From: Leptolyngbyaceae cyanobacterium
GTDB lineage: Bacteria; Cyanobacteriota; Cyanobacteriia; Phormidesmidales; Phormidesmidaceae
Assembly (NCBI GenBank): GCA_965263355.1
Contig: CBDHHL010000032.1
Location: 448,001 to 512,000 of the forward strand
Direction of reading: 5' to 3'
DNA: 64,000 nt
Shown here: piece after piece, positions 50,487-63,200 of the stretch
Position numbering within the stretch: position 1 is the stretch's first letter
Layout: each line of letters starts with the position of its first letter
The notes under the pieces: generated by a model
What the model was told of the DNA's origin: nothing
Databases searched by the model: none
Seen by the model: the letters and a program-made list of their open reading frames with translations, nothing else
Made by a program: the position numbers and the translations under genes

Positions 50487-52907
50487 TTAGCTAGATCCTT
50501 TAACGGAATTATGGCTAGTTGTAGGAGGGATAATTTGGAATAAGAACGAATTATCTGCTAGGAAGTTGTCGTGATCATCATGCAGAGTTACTGTGAACTC
50601 ATATTCACCCAATTGAGTAGGGGTATAGTGTGCTATCTCCAAACGTTGATTACTATCAGCAGCTACGTTATAGGTAAAGTGTTTAGTAGCAATCACCTCA
50701 TTTTGATAACTAAGCGTAAAGGTTATCTGTGTATTTGGAAAATCTTTCCATAGATCATTAATTATCCATACTGGCAAATCGACATTCTCACCAATATGCC
50801 AGTTCTGTTGAGTCCACTCGATACTCGGTAGCAATGGTTGATAGGCACGTCTAAGAGACTCAAAGGCAAGTTTTGGTGTGCGCCAATAGTCTACAATTCC
50901 CCAATTAATTGAAGGCCAGTTTTCAGTAAACATGAACTGGAAAATACCTGAAACCGGCTGATATTTCTGTCTCCGATAAGCTTCCGCAGCAAACTGGTTA
51001 ACTAAGGCCTGATACTGTTGAGTGTTCTTAACAAATTCGCTAGGGCTTTCCCCCATAGTTACTTGAGCTAGATTAAATGTCTCATGTTGCTGAAAATTGT
51101 GATATTCCCATTTAGCCCAGTCATGTTCGTTATCTGGCCAGAGTTCATCTTCTGAAAAGATACGACGAAGTGCACTAATACTGGGTAAAGCCTGGGCTCC
51201 AAATTCAGTAATCAGGGGTTCTTCTGTTGATTCAGCATACTTTTCAAACGTATTTGAATACCACCCCCACCATGGATGTTCTGAAGTTAACGAGGCTTTA
51301 TGTAAATAACGAGACGAATCGTATCCCTTTAAGGCATTGAACAGCGCACGGTCAAGCTGATAGTTTTGTTTAGGATTATAGGTCTTATATTTATATTGCA
51401 TCCAGTCTGCATCCCAGGGTGGTTCATTATGCATACTCCAGGCAAATATAGATGGGTGGTTATACAGTGTGTGGATCATCGCTTTCCCCTGACGAATTGC
51501 TTCTTTTTGGAAACTGCTGTCATCCACATATCCCCATTGCAAGGGGAAGTCTTGCCAAACTAAGATGCCGTTGCGATCGCATCCTTCATAAAACTCTTTA
51601 CCCGTAACATGAGCATGCACCCTGACTGCATTAATATTAGCTTTTTTTATCAGGCCAATATCAAAAAGATATTTATCTGCAGTCATTTCGCTCAGCCACT
51701 GGCTGGCTATGTAGTTAGTCCCTCGTAAAAATAATCTCTTTCCATTTAGTTTCCAGATCTGTTGTTTTTGATCCCACTCTACGGAACGAAAGCCAAAAAC
51801 AGTTTCATGTTGATCTAAAATCTTTGTAGAGTCAGTAATTTCTAACTTAAGACGATATAGATTGGGCTCACCATGCTCCCAGTCCCACCAAAGTTTAGGG
51901 TGGTCTTGCTTTAGATTAATTTTAAAAGAATTATACTTTGGATGAATACGACGTTGAATACGCACATGTTCCCCAGGATTACCTAAAAAATTTTCAGGCA
52001 TCAATTGAACATCCAAGGTAATTTTCTCGTTTTGTGTCCCTTGATAGTCAAGATTTATATCTAGCTCTGCTGTTGCCTCATTACTATTGTGATTCAATTT
52101 GGGTGTCACTCGTACATTATCAATTGCTAGCGTATATGAGCTTTTCAGGTAAACAGGGGCCCAAATACCTCCGGTATTTTTTTCTTGACCACGGTCTGTC
52201 CAAGCTCCTCCAGGACGAGTATCGTGATGAGTAAAAATTCCTTTAATAAGACGTTTATGTAAAGACCAATCCTGTCTCTGTTCTTCTAGGGGACTATTAA
52301 CTCGAACCATTAAAATATTTGAACCGTTTGAGTTTAGAAATCGATCAACTTGAAAATCGAAAGGTTCAAAGTAGCCCTGGTGTGAACCTAGATAATGACC
52401 ATTTAGCCAGACATCAGCTTCATAATCTACCCCCTCAAATACAAGCTTGACGACATTATCTCCAGGCATCAAACTCGGAGGCACTTCAAAAGCACGCTGA
52501 TACCACACAACACCATGCAGGTCCTGCCCCTGCAGATACCAGTTACCAGGCACATAAAGAGTTTGCCAGGTTATGTTTGTAAAATCAGGTAAAACCTCAT
52601 TGTGGGGAGCAAGGAGATATGAAGATTCATTTTGCTGCTCAATTGTCTCAGCCCAAAATTTCCAATCCCCATTTAAGGAAAACTGGTTGTTAATGTCATG
52701 ACCATTAGGCATAAAATGAGCATTAACCAATGACGTCGATTGAAAATTAAGACCCAGCACAGCTAAAATCACAACAATAGCAATGACTACTCGTTGACTT
52801 CCGAGCATAAGTTTACGAGTTATCCTAATAATCATTTTTATTTTTTCTTTCGCTATAAGGGCTTCCTTAGCATCTTTTCCCATTGAGACTAATCTTTCTG
52901 GCAGCAA
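50487..52907 (-). CDS. GH2 glycoside hydrolase (beta-mannosidase/galactosidase-like)
   Basis: SLNGDW, FEGVDY..VWLNG, GIW.PV, NAVRVHAH, WQDF, HPSI..W..HNEP, TEFG; true start may lie downstream. Confidence 0.9.
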   Translation of the reverse strand: MLPERLVSMGKDAKEALIAKEKIKMIIRITRKLMLGSQRVVIAIVVILAVLGLNFQSTSLVNAHFMPNGHDINNQFSLNGDWKFWAETIEQQNESSYLLAPHNEVLPDFTNITWQTLYVPGNWYLQGQDLHGVVWYQRAFEVPPSLMPGDNVVKLVFEGVDYEADVWLNGHYLGSHQGYFEPFDFQVDRFLNSNGSNILMVRVNSPLEEQRQDWSLHKRLIKGIFTHHDTRPGGAWTDRGQEKNTGGIWAPVYLKSSYTLAIDNVRVTPKLNHNSNEATAELDINLDYQGTQNEKITLDVQLMPENFLGNPGEHVRIQRRIHPKYNSFKINLKQDHPKLWWDWEHGEPNLYRLKLEITDSTKILDQHETVFGFRSVEWDQKQQIWKLNGKRLFLRGTNYIASQWLSEMTADKYLFDIGLIKKANINAVRVHAHVTGKEFYEGCDRNGILVWQDFPLQWGYVDDSSFQKEAIRQGKAMIHTLYNHPSIFAWSMHNEPPWDADWMQYKYKTYNPKQNYQLDRALFNALKGYDSSRYLHKASLTSEHPWWGWYSNTFEKYAESTEEPLITEFGAQALPSISALRRIFSEDELWPDNEHDWAKWEYHNFQQHETFNLAQVTMGESPSEFVKNTQQYQALVNQFAAEAYRRQKYQPVSGIFQFMFTENWPSINWGIVDYWRTPKLAFESLRRAYQPLLPSIEWTQQNWHIGENVDLPVWIINDLWKDFPNTQITFTLSYQNEVIATKHFTYNVAADSNQRLEIAHYTPTQLGEYEFTVTLHDDHDNFLADNSFLFQIIPPTTSHNSVKGSS

Positions 52908-53029
52908 AGAACGCTGACCTTTCTTCCTTAAGAATTCTGCTGTATTTTTCTATGTAAAAATATAACTTGTTTAAAGATACAAAAGGTGCGTAATTCTCCT
53001 AAATATTAGTAAGAATATAAGGATTTTGT

Positions 53030-53067
53030 TGAATGCTTTATCAGTGATTTAACTGATAAAGCGTTCA
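53030..53067. terminator. Hairpin downstream of the hybrid kinase
   Basis: TGAATGCTTTATCAGT ... ACTGATAAAGCGTTCA. Confidence 0.6.
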
Positions 53068-53131
53068 CTCTATGAGAGTCTAAACCTTGATTTTGTGTGA
53101 CTAAAATATTCCCACAAAGCTAATCCCTGTT

Positions 53132-56068
53132 CTATTCAATCATTGTTTGAAGGAGTCTTATTCCTTCACTAAGAGCCTCTTCAAGCTTTGGAATACAATT
53201 TTCAAGCACCATATTCCCAGCACGACTTTCATTCTCGATATCTTGACACAGATGTTGGACTGCAACCATGCCCAGTGCTGCGCTACTCGACTTTAAGGTA
53301 TGGGCCGCATAAGCAATTTGTTCAATATCTTGAGCATGTACAGCATTTTTAAGAGATTTTGCCAGCTGGGGACTTTCCTTTAAGTAAATCTCAACAAATA
53401 ATTTTAGATTTTCAGGCGTCAATCCACCTAAAGGAGCCAATGTCTTTTCTAGGATACTTTTATCCAGATAAGTTATCTGGTTATCAGTACCTAATACCGC
53501 TGAGGGTTCCTGGGAATCACCAAGTGTTTTATCAGAGGCGATATCCTCAAGCTGTGGAGCAGGATAAGAGTTTTCAATGGAGCAGCGTTCTAAAGCCTCT
53601 AGCAGTTCTTCAATTTGGAGAGGTTTACTAATATAGTCATCCATACCCGCTGCCAGAAATTTCTCCCGGTCTCCTGTCATAGCATTGGCTGTCACTGCAA
53701 TGATGTAAGGCTGCTCATCCTCTGACCATGATTGCCGGATGGCCTTTGTCGCGGCTAAACCGTCCATTTCCGGCATTTGAATATCCATCAAAATGACATC
53801 GTATGCTTGGCGTTTTAGACAGTCGAGTACCTCTAATCCATTGCTAACTAAGTCCGGACGGTATCCCAATTTAGCCAACCATTGCTGAGCAAGCTGTTGG
53901 TTCACCATATTATCTTCAGCTACCAAAATCTTACATGGCAACCTTTGGGCCATTGTACTATCTATCTGTTTGCCCTTGGTTACTAGGGGTTGGTAAGTTA
54001 CTTTACCCGTAATGCCATAGGTCAAAGCATTGTACAGATCATTTTGACGGCATGGCTTATTTAGAAAAACAGCAATTCCTGCCCGCAATGCTTTTTCCTT
54101 AAGATCATAAGTACGGACAGAAGTAAGCATTATCATTGGTAAATTAGGGCACTGATGCTTTAGTTTTGAAGCCAACGTTAGACCATCCATGCCCGGCATT
54201 TGCATGTCTAAAATAGCAACATCAAAAGGCCGTTCTATTTGCCCAATTACGCCTAAGGCCTCGTAGCCTGATCGAGCCGAAAATACATCCATCTCCCATT
54301 GTTCTACTTGATGAGTGAGGATCTTGCGATTAGTCTCATTATCATCCACAAGTAACAACCGCTTACCCTTAAGTTCAACTCTTGGCAGTTCTGAATTAAT
54401 CTCTGAAATAGCCTGGGCTTTGATAGTAAAGAAAAATTTTGATCCCTTATTCAGCTCACTCTCAACCCAAATATCTCCTCCCATGGCGTGACAAAGACGT
54501 CTACTAATCGCCAGCCCCAAGCCAGTCCCCCCATATTTACGTGTAGTTGATGAGTCAACTTGTTGAAATGCGTCAAAAAGCGACTCTACCCGATCTGCTG
54601 GAATTCCGATACCAGTGTCACTTACACAACAGCGAATAAGATATAGGGCTTTATCAGAAGTAGCCTCATCTGATATGGGCTCCGCAAAAACCCTGATCAC
54701 AATTTCACCTTCGTGGGTAAATTTAATAGCATTACCTAATAAATTCACTAGAATTTGGCGTAGCCTTGTTACGTCCCCAACCAAGCTCACAGGCACATCC
54801 AAATCAATCTGGTAGGCTAGTTCTAGCCGCTTTTCAGATGCCTTGGGTACAACTAAATCCAAACACTCTTCAATACAGGACCTTAAATTAAAAGGGCATT
54901 CTTCTAACTCTAGTTTGCCAGATTCGATTTTAGAAAAGTCAAGAATATCGTTAATAATACGTAGCAGGCTGTCACCACTATGACGAATAGTAGACGCAAA
55001 GCCAATTTGTTGATCATTGAGCTCAGTATCTAGCAACAGGCCCGTCATACCAATCACCCCATTCATGGGTGTACGAATTTCATGGCTCATGGTAGCCAGG
55101 AAATCACTTTTGGCCTGTGCAGCGGCTTCGGCTATATCTTTTGCTTCTTTAAGAGATTGTTCACGGGTAACTACCTCGTAGGCCATATGTTGAAAGGCAC
55201 GGGCAAGTTCTCCAGGTTCATCTGATCGTTTAGCAATAGGATTTAGAATAGTAAATTTCTGTTGCCAGTCGTCTAAAGTGGGAAGTGAACTTCCACGGAC
55301 CTGTTTTGCTAAATGGGTGAGTTTTTTCAGGGGGTGAACCACCTTCTGTTTTAGTAAGCGGTTCATAAGGAATATGATTGTAGCCATTATGCCAATAATG
55401 ATGGCCATAACCAGCTTCAGGTAATGGTACCCCTGCTGTAGTAACGTATCAGCAGGAATATAAATGGTTTGAGCAGCAACTACTTCGTTTAATTTCCAGT
55501 TATATCCTTGTTTACTGCCATAGGTCTTTATCATGCTTTGGGGAGCATCATCGACACGGCCATGACATTCTAAACAACTACTTTTCTTAATGGCTAAAGG
55601 ACGAGCTATATAAAAAAGCTCCTTACCATCCTGTTCTCGATATCCACTAAGTTCTTCAGGGGCATCATCCTGGCGAAAAGCATTGACTATATTGGTTTCA
55701 AAGTCATCTGCCTGGTCCCTAGGGTTTGATGGATTTAACGTCGCTTCTTTATATAGAAAATTACTATACTCAGGAGATTCTCGAAAATGTTCAAATACTT
55801 CTCTAGCACCATAGGCCGGTACAGTTTCTCTGATAAATGAGCTAGATTGAGCTAACTGATCAGCCAGTTGGGGTTTGATGCTTTCGCTTGTATAGTTCCG
55901 CACGGCATTCATGGTTTGAATCATCATATGTGCCCGTGCTTTGATCTCGACTTTGGCCAGCTGTTGCATTGCGCTAGAAAGTGCAAGGCCGCTAATGACT
56001 ATCCCACCAATAAAAACGATAGTAAAAAACAGTGTGAACTGTCTATTCAGCGTTTGATTTTTGGCCAT
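53132..56068 (-). CDS. Hybrid sensor kinase: DUF3365 (CxxCH)-HAMP-HisKA-HATPase-REC-REC-HPt
   Basis: [40 protein letters not shown]. Confidence 0.92.
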   Translation of the reverse strand: MAKNQTLNRQFTLFFTIVFIGGIVISGLALSSAMQQLAKVEIKARAHMMIQTMNAVRNYTSESIKPQLADQLAQSSSFIRETVPAYGAREVFEHFRESPEYSNFLYKEATLNPSNPRDQADDFETNIVNAFRQDDAPEELSGYREQDGKELFYIARPLAIKKSSCLECHGRVDDAPQSMIKTYGSKQGYNWKLNEVVAAQTIYIPADTLLQQGYHYLKLVMAIIIGIMATIIFLMNRLLKQKVVHPLKKLTHLAKQVRGSSLPTLDDWQQKFTILNPIAKRSDEPGELARAFQHMAYEVVTREQSLKEAKDIAEAAAQAKSDFLATMSHEIRTPMNGVIGMTGLLLDTELNDQQIGFASTIRHSGDSLLRIINDILDFSKIESGKLELEECPFNLRSCIEECLDLVVPKASEKRLELAYQIDLDVPVSLVGDVTRLRQILVNLLGNAIKFTHEGEIVIRVFAEPISDEATSDKALYLIRCCVSDTGIGIPADRVESLFDAFQQVDSSTTRKYGGTGLGLAISRRLCHAMGGDIWVESELNKGSKFFFTIKAQAISEINSELPRVELKGKRLLLVDDNETNRKILTHQVEQWEMDVFSARSGYEALGVIGQIERPFDVAILDMQMPGMDGLTLASKLKHQCPNLPMIMLTSVRTYDLKEKALRAGIAVFLNKPCRQNDLYNALTYGITGKVTYQPLVTKGKQIDSTMAQRLPCKILVAEDNMVNQQLAQQWLAKLGYRPDLVSNGLEVLDCLKRQAYDVILMDIQMPEMDGLAATKAIRQSWSEDEQPYIIAVTANAMTGDREKFLAAGMDDYISKPLQIEELLEALERCSIENSYPAPQLEDIASDKTLGDSQEPSAVLGTDNQITYLDKSILEKTLAPLGGLTPENLKLFVEIYLKESPQLAKSLKNAVHAQDIEQIAYAAHTLKSSSAALGMVAVQHLCQDIENESRAGNMVLENCIPKLEEALSEGIRLLQTMIE

Positions 56069-56291
56069 TGGTTGCCAGTAAGAGTTCTTATAGATCTTGA
56101 TAGTTCCGTAATTTAAAAGAAAACTATCTATTTCATTATTATGAAGTTAAATTACGCTGTCATCAGAATTAATGAGGAGTTATTGATTTTCCCTTTAAAT
56201 AACAATTTCCCTAGTATTTTTCTGGCCTACAGCCATATGGACTATAAATAGTTTTTTCAGGGGCGCACCGTGGTACTCCCCTAGCATCTAC

Positions 56292-58131
56292 TTACGCGAA
56301 GAATGAGAACCCTGCTCCAAAATTATTGATAACTTGCTGGTCTAAAACAGCAATTAACTCATTTTGGTTAGGCGATGTCTGATACCATAATTCAGTGGAG
56401 GCACCATCAGAAGAGATACCTAACTGATAAGCTGCAGCAGCATCTACTAGCTGAACAGTATCCTGTTGCAGGTCAAAGTCTGTAATAAGAGCATAGTCCA
56501 ATAACCCTAAGCTTGTACTGTCACCATCATCATAGAAAAGTTGACCTGCCTCACCTAGAACAAAGAGATCTGCCCCACTGCCACCCGTTAGAGTATCGAT
56601 TTCTCCCAGACCGGCATTGACCGTATCAGTACCGGTTAGGGTATCATCGCCGCTACCACCTAGGAGCGTGTTATTCCCATATCCACCTTGGAGAATGTCA
56701 TTACCTGCTTCACCGGCAATGTGGCCCAGTGCCTTTGAGAGGGTGTCATCCTTAGATCCCCCATGAAGAGTTCCTTCCTTATCTTGGTAAACGCGAATAT
56801 AATCAATTTCAAAAGCACTGGTCTCAGGCGTTGTCTCATCGGGGTTACCAGGCCAGTAACCACCGACAGCCATATTGGCTAATAGATACATAGAGACATC
56901 GGGAATATCATGGTCAATGCTATACAGGGCCTGATCGTCCACAAACCAGGTTAGTTCGTCAGCCGTCCATTCCACACCAAATGTATGAAAGCCAGCGGAG
57001 AAGTCCATACCGCTAAAGGTTTGCTCACCTTTTTCTAGGGCAATATTACCATTGTCGTCTGTGTAGTGGAGACTGTTGAACACCGTGTCAGTACGGTGCC
57101 CCAGGGTTTCCACGATGTCAATCTCAGGGGGCCAACCACCATGGGTAGGTAGCATCCAAAAGGCAGGCCATAGCCCCTGACCTGCAGCGACTTGAGCCCG
57201 CATTTCCATATAGCCATAGGTAAAGGCGTAGTTATCGTCACTGTTTAGGATGCCGGAGGTATAATCAAAGGTTTTAACCGGATAAAAGCCAGTAACTGTG
57301 TCTTGAACATCAAGGGTAAGGGGCTGATCAAGCTTTTCACTAACGATACTCAAGACACCGTCGTTAAAATCAAAGGCATCATACTCTACGCCGTCAATAA
57401 CCTCATTCTCTCCCACATAGGCCTGATGTTCACCGTTCCAGGGGTTAGTGCGACCACCGTAGACATTGTGACTATATTTGGTGCTCCACTTGCTACTGTC
57501 CAGGGTAGACAAATCAAACTCATCACTAAATACTAGTTCCCAATCGCTCTAAGGTGTCATTACCATCGCCGCCGAAAATGGTGTCATTATGTTCATCTCC
57601 CTGAATAAAGTCGTCCCCCCCATTGCCATAGAGAGTGTCTTCGTCTTCACCACCAGAAATTTCATCGTTATCGTTCCCCCCAAAGATGCGATCGCGACCA
57701 CGACCACCCCTTAATTTATTCCGACCACCCTCACCAAAGATCTCATCATCGCCATCATTGCTATCTATTTCGTCATCCCCCTCTCCACCAAAGAGTCTAT
57801 CGCGACCATTGCCACCTCGGATGCGATCACGACCATGGCCACCAAAGATTTCGTCATCGCCATCATCGCCATCTATTTTGTCATGACCCTCCCCACAAAA
57901 AAGTTTATCTTTGCCACGACCGCCAAAGAGACTATCGTTACCTAGACCTCCATAAACCTCGTCATCACCATCGTCTCCAAACAATGTGTCATTGCCGTTA
58001 TAACCATAAAGCCTATCGTTGCCACCTTTCCCTCGGACTTCATAGTCAACGTTGTCCTCCTATCCACCCCAAACATCATCACCGTCGTTAAGGTAAGAGA
58101 TGATTTTTCTTATTCTGGAAATTAGTGACAT
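56292..58131 (-). pseudogene. RTX-repeat GH16 beta-glucanase gene broken by a nonsense codon and a frameshift
   Basis: ATG 58131, TAG at 58060-58062, GGxGxD repeats, frameshift near 57547 just before DWELVFSDEFD; intact WPAFW and EIDIVE. Confidence 0.8.
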
Positions 58132-58592
58132 AATTCGCTGCGCTTTTGGTAGATAACTCGAAACAAGTATTAATCTCGACACTCAAATGTGCTTTGTGAT
58201 ACTTTTTCGCTGCTGTCACTATTAAAGCTTGTGTGGAATCAATAGCCCTTGAGGGATATTTGCCATATGGAATGGCTTTCATTATGTGGTTATCGTTAAC
58301 CTAAATTTTTCTACAGATAGGGTCAGATAAGTTTTAAGGTGTGTTAACTCTGATGGGATAACTCTGATGATTAATAGGCTTGAGGCTTGATAAGAGTTCT
58401 GAAGGGTTAAAATCAAGCTTTCTTTAAGGGAATGGGTAATATAAGAATAAATTAGTCAAGTTTAGGGAGTGCATTTTTCTAGAAACAAGGTATGAGAATA
58501 AACTAAAAGAAATCGGACAATAACCAATTTTACCTTTATCACTGGAACATTGCTTCAGCTTGTAATACTCAAAACAGGTAATAAATATGTAG

Positions 58593-59933
58593 ATGTTGCC
58601 TAGCAATTGCCCCCTCACATTTTTAAGGCTTACTGACTATCCGTGGAGGCAGTATTTTTTTTTGTGCCTGTTCCTTAGTGGTGTGATTTTCTCAGAAAAG
58701 GCGTGGGCCAAACCAGAATTGGAGGATTCAGTCCCCTACACCTTGCCAGCGAATATCGAAGCGTTATCCGATTTTTCAACATTACCAGTTTCGGAGTTAG
58801 AGATAACGTCAATACCCTATACGTTGCCGCCATCTGATTTATATACTTTAGAAGCTAGGGAAGCTGCCATAAATAGCAATCTGGAACTCAACTACAACCC
58901 AGAAAACACGGATGTTTTATACCTGGCTGCTCCGGAAAATCTTAACCCAGGTCTTTACATTCCACCACCGGTTGAGCCATTACCCGACGCCTCATCTCCA
59001 GAACCAGAAGAGTCTGAATCGGTTATGCCAGATTCTGAAGCTGTTGAATCTACAGAGTCTCCCTTTATTCCAATTTGGGAAGTCGATGGTTTAACGGTTA
59101 ATTTATCGGATGACTTTAGCAATTTTGATCAGGGTAATCGAATTATTGAACCAACTGTAACAGGTACGTTGCCCAATGGGGATAGCCTTGCCATCACCAC
59201 AGGTTTTAATAGGTATGCTCAACCAGATGTTGATACTGTCTTTAATATTCCTCTCAAGGCATCATGGACTGGAGAAATGGGCAACTTTACCACAAAGGCT
59301 GGGGGAGGTGTGGATCTCTTTAATCAGTTGCCGCTTGCCCTTAATCTTAATGCGAGTACATCTGTGCCCATAGGAAAGAAAGCTACACTTTCCTTCTTTG
59401 TAGACTATGAGCCCTATAAGTTTAATGCCACTACTATCAATAATCAGATAAAAGCCTGGCGATATGGTCCCAATCTGTATTGGCAGATTACTCCTGATAT
59501 GTACCTTTTTTCCCTGGTACGCTGGGGGCGCTACAACGATGGCAATCAAGAACAACAATCGTTTAGTCGAGTAGAAAAGAAACTCGGAGATTTTTATGTC
59601 GCCGGTAATTTGTTTACCTGGCAGTATCGAGAAGACGCTGAATCTGCCAGTGGCTACTTTTCGCCTCCTGATTTTTTAGTTACCAACGCTGAAGTTGGTT
59701 GGAAAGGAGAAGTTTTAGATTGGCTGGACTGTGGTGCAGCAGCTTCTTGGGGACGACAACGACTAAACAGCAGTTGGGCGTCAGCTTATAGTTACAACGC
59801 CAAATGCACCTTTGAGATTGCAGAGTCCCTTGAAATGGATTTGGGATATGCCTTTAGTAATGTGATTGCTCAAACAGGTGGCAGTGCCTTTAATAACCGT
59901 GCAATTACAGGCCAGGTGCGTGCTAAATTTTAA
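58593..59933 (+). CDS. Putative outer-membrane beta-barrel protein (polysaccharide export porin-like)
   Basis: Signal-like N-terminus, Pro/Glu linker, amphipathic strands, GYFSP motif, terminal Phe. Confidence 0.65.
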   Translation: MLPSNCPLTFLRLTDYPWRQYFFLCLFLSGVIFSEKAWAKPELEDSVPYTLPANIEALSDFSTLPVSELEITSIPYTLPPSDLYTLEAREAAINSNLELNYNPENTDVLYLAAPENLNPGLYIPPPVEPLPDASSPEPEESESVMPDSEAVESTESPFIPIWEVDGLTVNLSDDFSNFDQGNRIIEPTVTGTLPNGDSLAITTGFNRYAQPDVDTVFNIPLKASWTGEMGNFTTKAGGGVDLFNQLPLALNLNASTSVPIGKKATLSFFVDYEPYKFNATTINNQIKAWRYGPNLYWQITPDMYLFSLVRWGRYNDGNQEQQSFSRVEKKLGDFYVAGNLFTWQYREDAESASGYFSPPDFLVTNAEVGWKGEVLDWLDCGAAASWGRQRLNSSWASAYSYNAKCTFEIAESLEMDLGYAFSNVIAQTGGSAFNNRAITGQVRAKF

Positions 59934-60248
59934 AGCTTTGATTATGACCAACATTCTGTAGGGCATCACGCTTCAAAAGTCTTGCAGTATGAGAGTTACT
60001 GAATTTTGAAAACGTTCAGTGCAATCGTCGTTCTCTCTGAAGATTTACTAGAGCAATATGGTATTTGAAGGCACATCCTTTTTTTGCCTTTTGCATCTAT
60101 TAATTCGAAACAAAACTTTGATGGTCTGAGAGGACTAGTTAAGTCTTAAAGCAACTGTGCTTTACGCTTGTTCTTCTTGTTTTGTTTGAAATTTCCTGTC
60201 AGGAAATCTCTGGCCAATTTCAATCTGCTAATTCGATAATCCTTAATC

Positions 60249-63200
60249 ATGGGCTCAAAATCAAACTCTTCTGTTATTGATAATGTCCTGAGGGGCAGTG
60301 TCTTCAGTGATGTCCTCATCGGTCTAGAATTCAACGATGAGATTCAAGGATATGAGGAGAATGATGTTTGGCTGAGTGGTGAAGCCGGTAATGATCTGGT
60401 AGTCGGTGGGGCTGGTAATGATATTTTGTCAGGTGGTGAGGGAAATGATTTACTGCATGGAGATTTTTCGGAAGGAAGTGGTTGGGAGTTAGGTGATGAC
60501 GGTAATTATTCGTATACTCCTCTGAATTTTGTTACTAATTCGCTACAAAGTAGTGGATACGATGAGGCGTTTCCTCCTGGCGATAATTTAGCTATTTACA
60601 ACGATTTGATATTTGGTGGTTTGGGCAATGACATCATTCTTGGTAGTTGGGGCGATGATGCTATCTCAGGCGGCTTAGGTAATGACATTATCAATGGTGG
60701 CATTGGTAATGACTATTGGCTTGCAGGTGGAGCTGGCAACGACACTATCAATGGAGATGATGGGCACGACATTCTAGAGGGTGGAGCTGGCAACGATATT
60801 CTGAATGGTGGTAATGGTAACGATATTCTGACTGGTGGGACAGGTCAGGATACTCTTTATGCAGGCGATGGTGAAGATATCGCTGATGGTGGCGAGGGCT
60901 CTGACCTGGTTGACGGTGGGGATGGAAATGATCAGCTGACTGGTGGCCTTGGCAATGACAAGATTTTAGGTGGAGACGGGCATGACACCATGGATGGTGG
61001 GGATGGCGAAGATACTCTCATTGGCGGGGCCGGTGACGACTACTCCATGCTTGGCGGCAGTGGCAATGATGCCCTCTACGGTGAGGCTGGCCATGATTTT
61101 ATGGATGGTGGTGCTGGCAATGATGTCATGTACGGTGGCCGTGAAGATGATGTCATGCTGGGTGGTGAGGGTACTGACCATATCTACGGAGGGGAAGGCA
61201 TTGATCGTATCGATGGCGGTGCTGGTGTTGATGTGATCGAGGGTAACTCGGGTGATGATGACATCCACGGGGGAGATAACGATGATGAGATCGCAGGCGG
61301 CACCGGTCAAGACATCCTCTACGGTGACGCTGGTAATGACATTGTGAATGGCGGCGAAGGCCATGACTTTATAGATGGTGGCGAAGGCTCTGACACCCTG
61401 GACGGTAGTGCTGGCATGGATGTCATTGAAGGCGGCTCTGGTAATGACCTGATCCGTGGCGGTGCTGACAACGACAGCTGGTTATCCGGTGGCGCTGGCC
61501 AAGATGAGATATATGGTGATGCCGGTGACGATGTACTGTCCGGCGGTGACGATAATGACCAGCTCCAGGGCGGCATCGGAAATGACGTTCTTATGGGAGA
61601 TGGGGGCAACGACGTTCTCCTAGGTGGAGAAGGCGATGATTACTGGCTTGATGGGGGCGACGGTAATGACACTATTAACGCTGGTGCGGGCCATGATGTC
61701 GCCACGGGTGGAGTTGGTGATGATGTTGTTATCGGTGATGACGGTAATGACACCCTTTTAGGGGATACCGGTAACGATCAGCTTTTTGGTGACGCTGGTG
61801 ACGATATTCTCGATGGGGGTGACGGTGCGGACCGCCTCGAAGGGGATATCGGTAATGACACCCTCAAAGGGGGCGACGGTGCTGACCTGATCCGGGGTGG
61901 TGACGGGGTTGATTATGTTGAAGGCGGAGCGGGTGACGATAACATTACTGGCGATGCAGGTGACGATAGCCTACTGGGGGATGCAGGCGCTGACATTGTG
62001 GATGGGGGCACTGGTCACGATTACCTGGCCGGGGGAGCTGGGGCAGACATTCTGATCGGCGGTGCTGATAACGACACTATTCAAGCTGGAGACGACAACG
62101 ACACTCTCTACGGTGATGATGGTTACGACATTCTAGAAGGGGGCGACGGTAGTGACACCCTCAGTGGCGGTAACCAGGAGGATATTCTCAAAGGAGACGC
62201 TGGTAACGATGTTTTAGATGGGGGTGATGGCCATGATGTTTTAGACGGTGGGGCCGACAATGATTTACTCCAGGGGCAAACCGGTAATGATGCATTGACT
62301 GGTGATACAGGCAATGACACCCTGCAGGGTGGTCTCGGTGATGACTACCTCAGTGGCGGTGCTGATAATGATGTGCTTGAAGGCGGTGCCGGTATTGATG
62401 TCCTAGAAGGCGGTGACGGAGCCGATGCGCTCTATGGGGGAGCTGGTGATGATGGCTGGTTATCTGGACAAACTGGCGCTGATATCATTGATGGCGGTGC
62501 TGGCCATGATGTGTTGAGCGGTGGTGCTGGTGTCGATCAATTGCAAGGAGGAGCTGGCAATGACACCGTCTTCTTTGATGCCGCTGACACCGTAGTCAAG
62601 GGAGATGCAGGCTACGATGTGGCCATTGTGGAAACCGCTGACGGTGCTAGTTTAGACCTGGGCGCGAACAGCTTTAACGAGGCCCATGGTAATGCCGGTA
62701 ACGACACCTTTACTAATACGAATGGAGCAGGTGGTCCCAGCAGTGAGAGTGTTGCCATGTTTGGTAATGCCGGAGATGACGCCCTAACAGGTGGCTCTGC
62801 TAATGATTACCTAGATGCTGGTGCAGGAAATGACGTTGCCAGTGGCGGAGCGGGTGATGACTACGCTCTGGGTGGTGAAGGGGCAGATGCCCTTGGTGGA
62901 GACGCAGGCAACGATCTTCTAAAGGGTAACGCGGGCAACGATACGTTGGAGGGTGGTGATGGCCACGACACTATTGATGGCGGTGATGGAGCGGATATTC
63001 TTCTCGGTGGAGCAGGGCACGACACTGTAAAATTTGATGCGGCAGATACGGTAGACGGCGGTGCTGGTTACGATGTCGCCAAAGCCCAGGGAGATGTTGG
63101 TGTCACTCTAGATTTAGGCGCTAGCCAGATTGAGTTGGCCTACGGGACAGAAGGGGCTGATGTCTTTACCAATTCCAGTAACAACAGCGTTGAAATTCAT

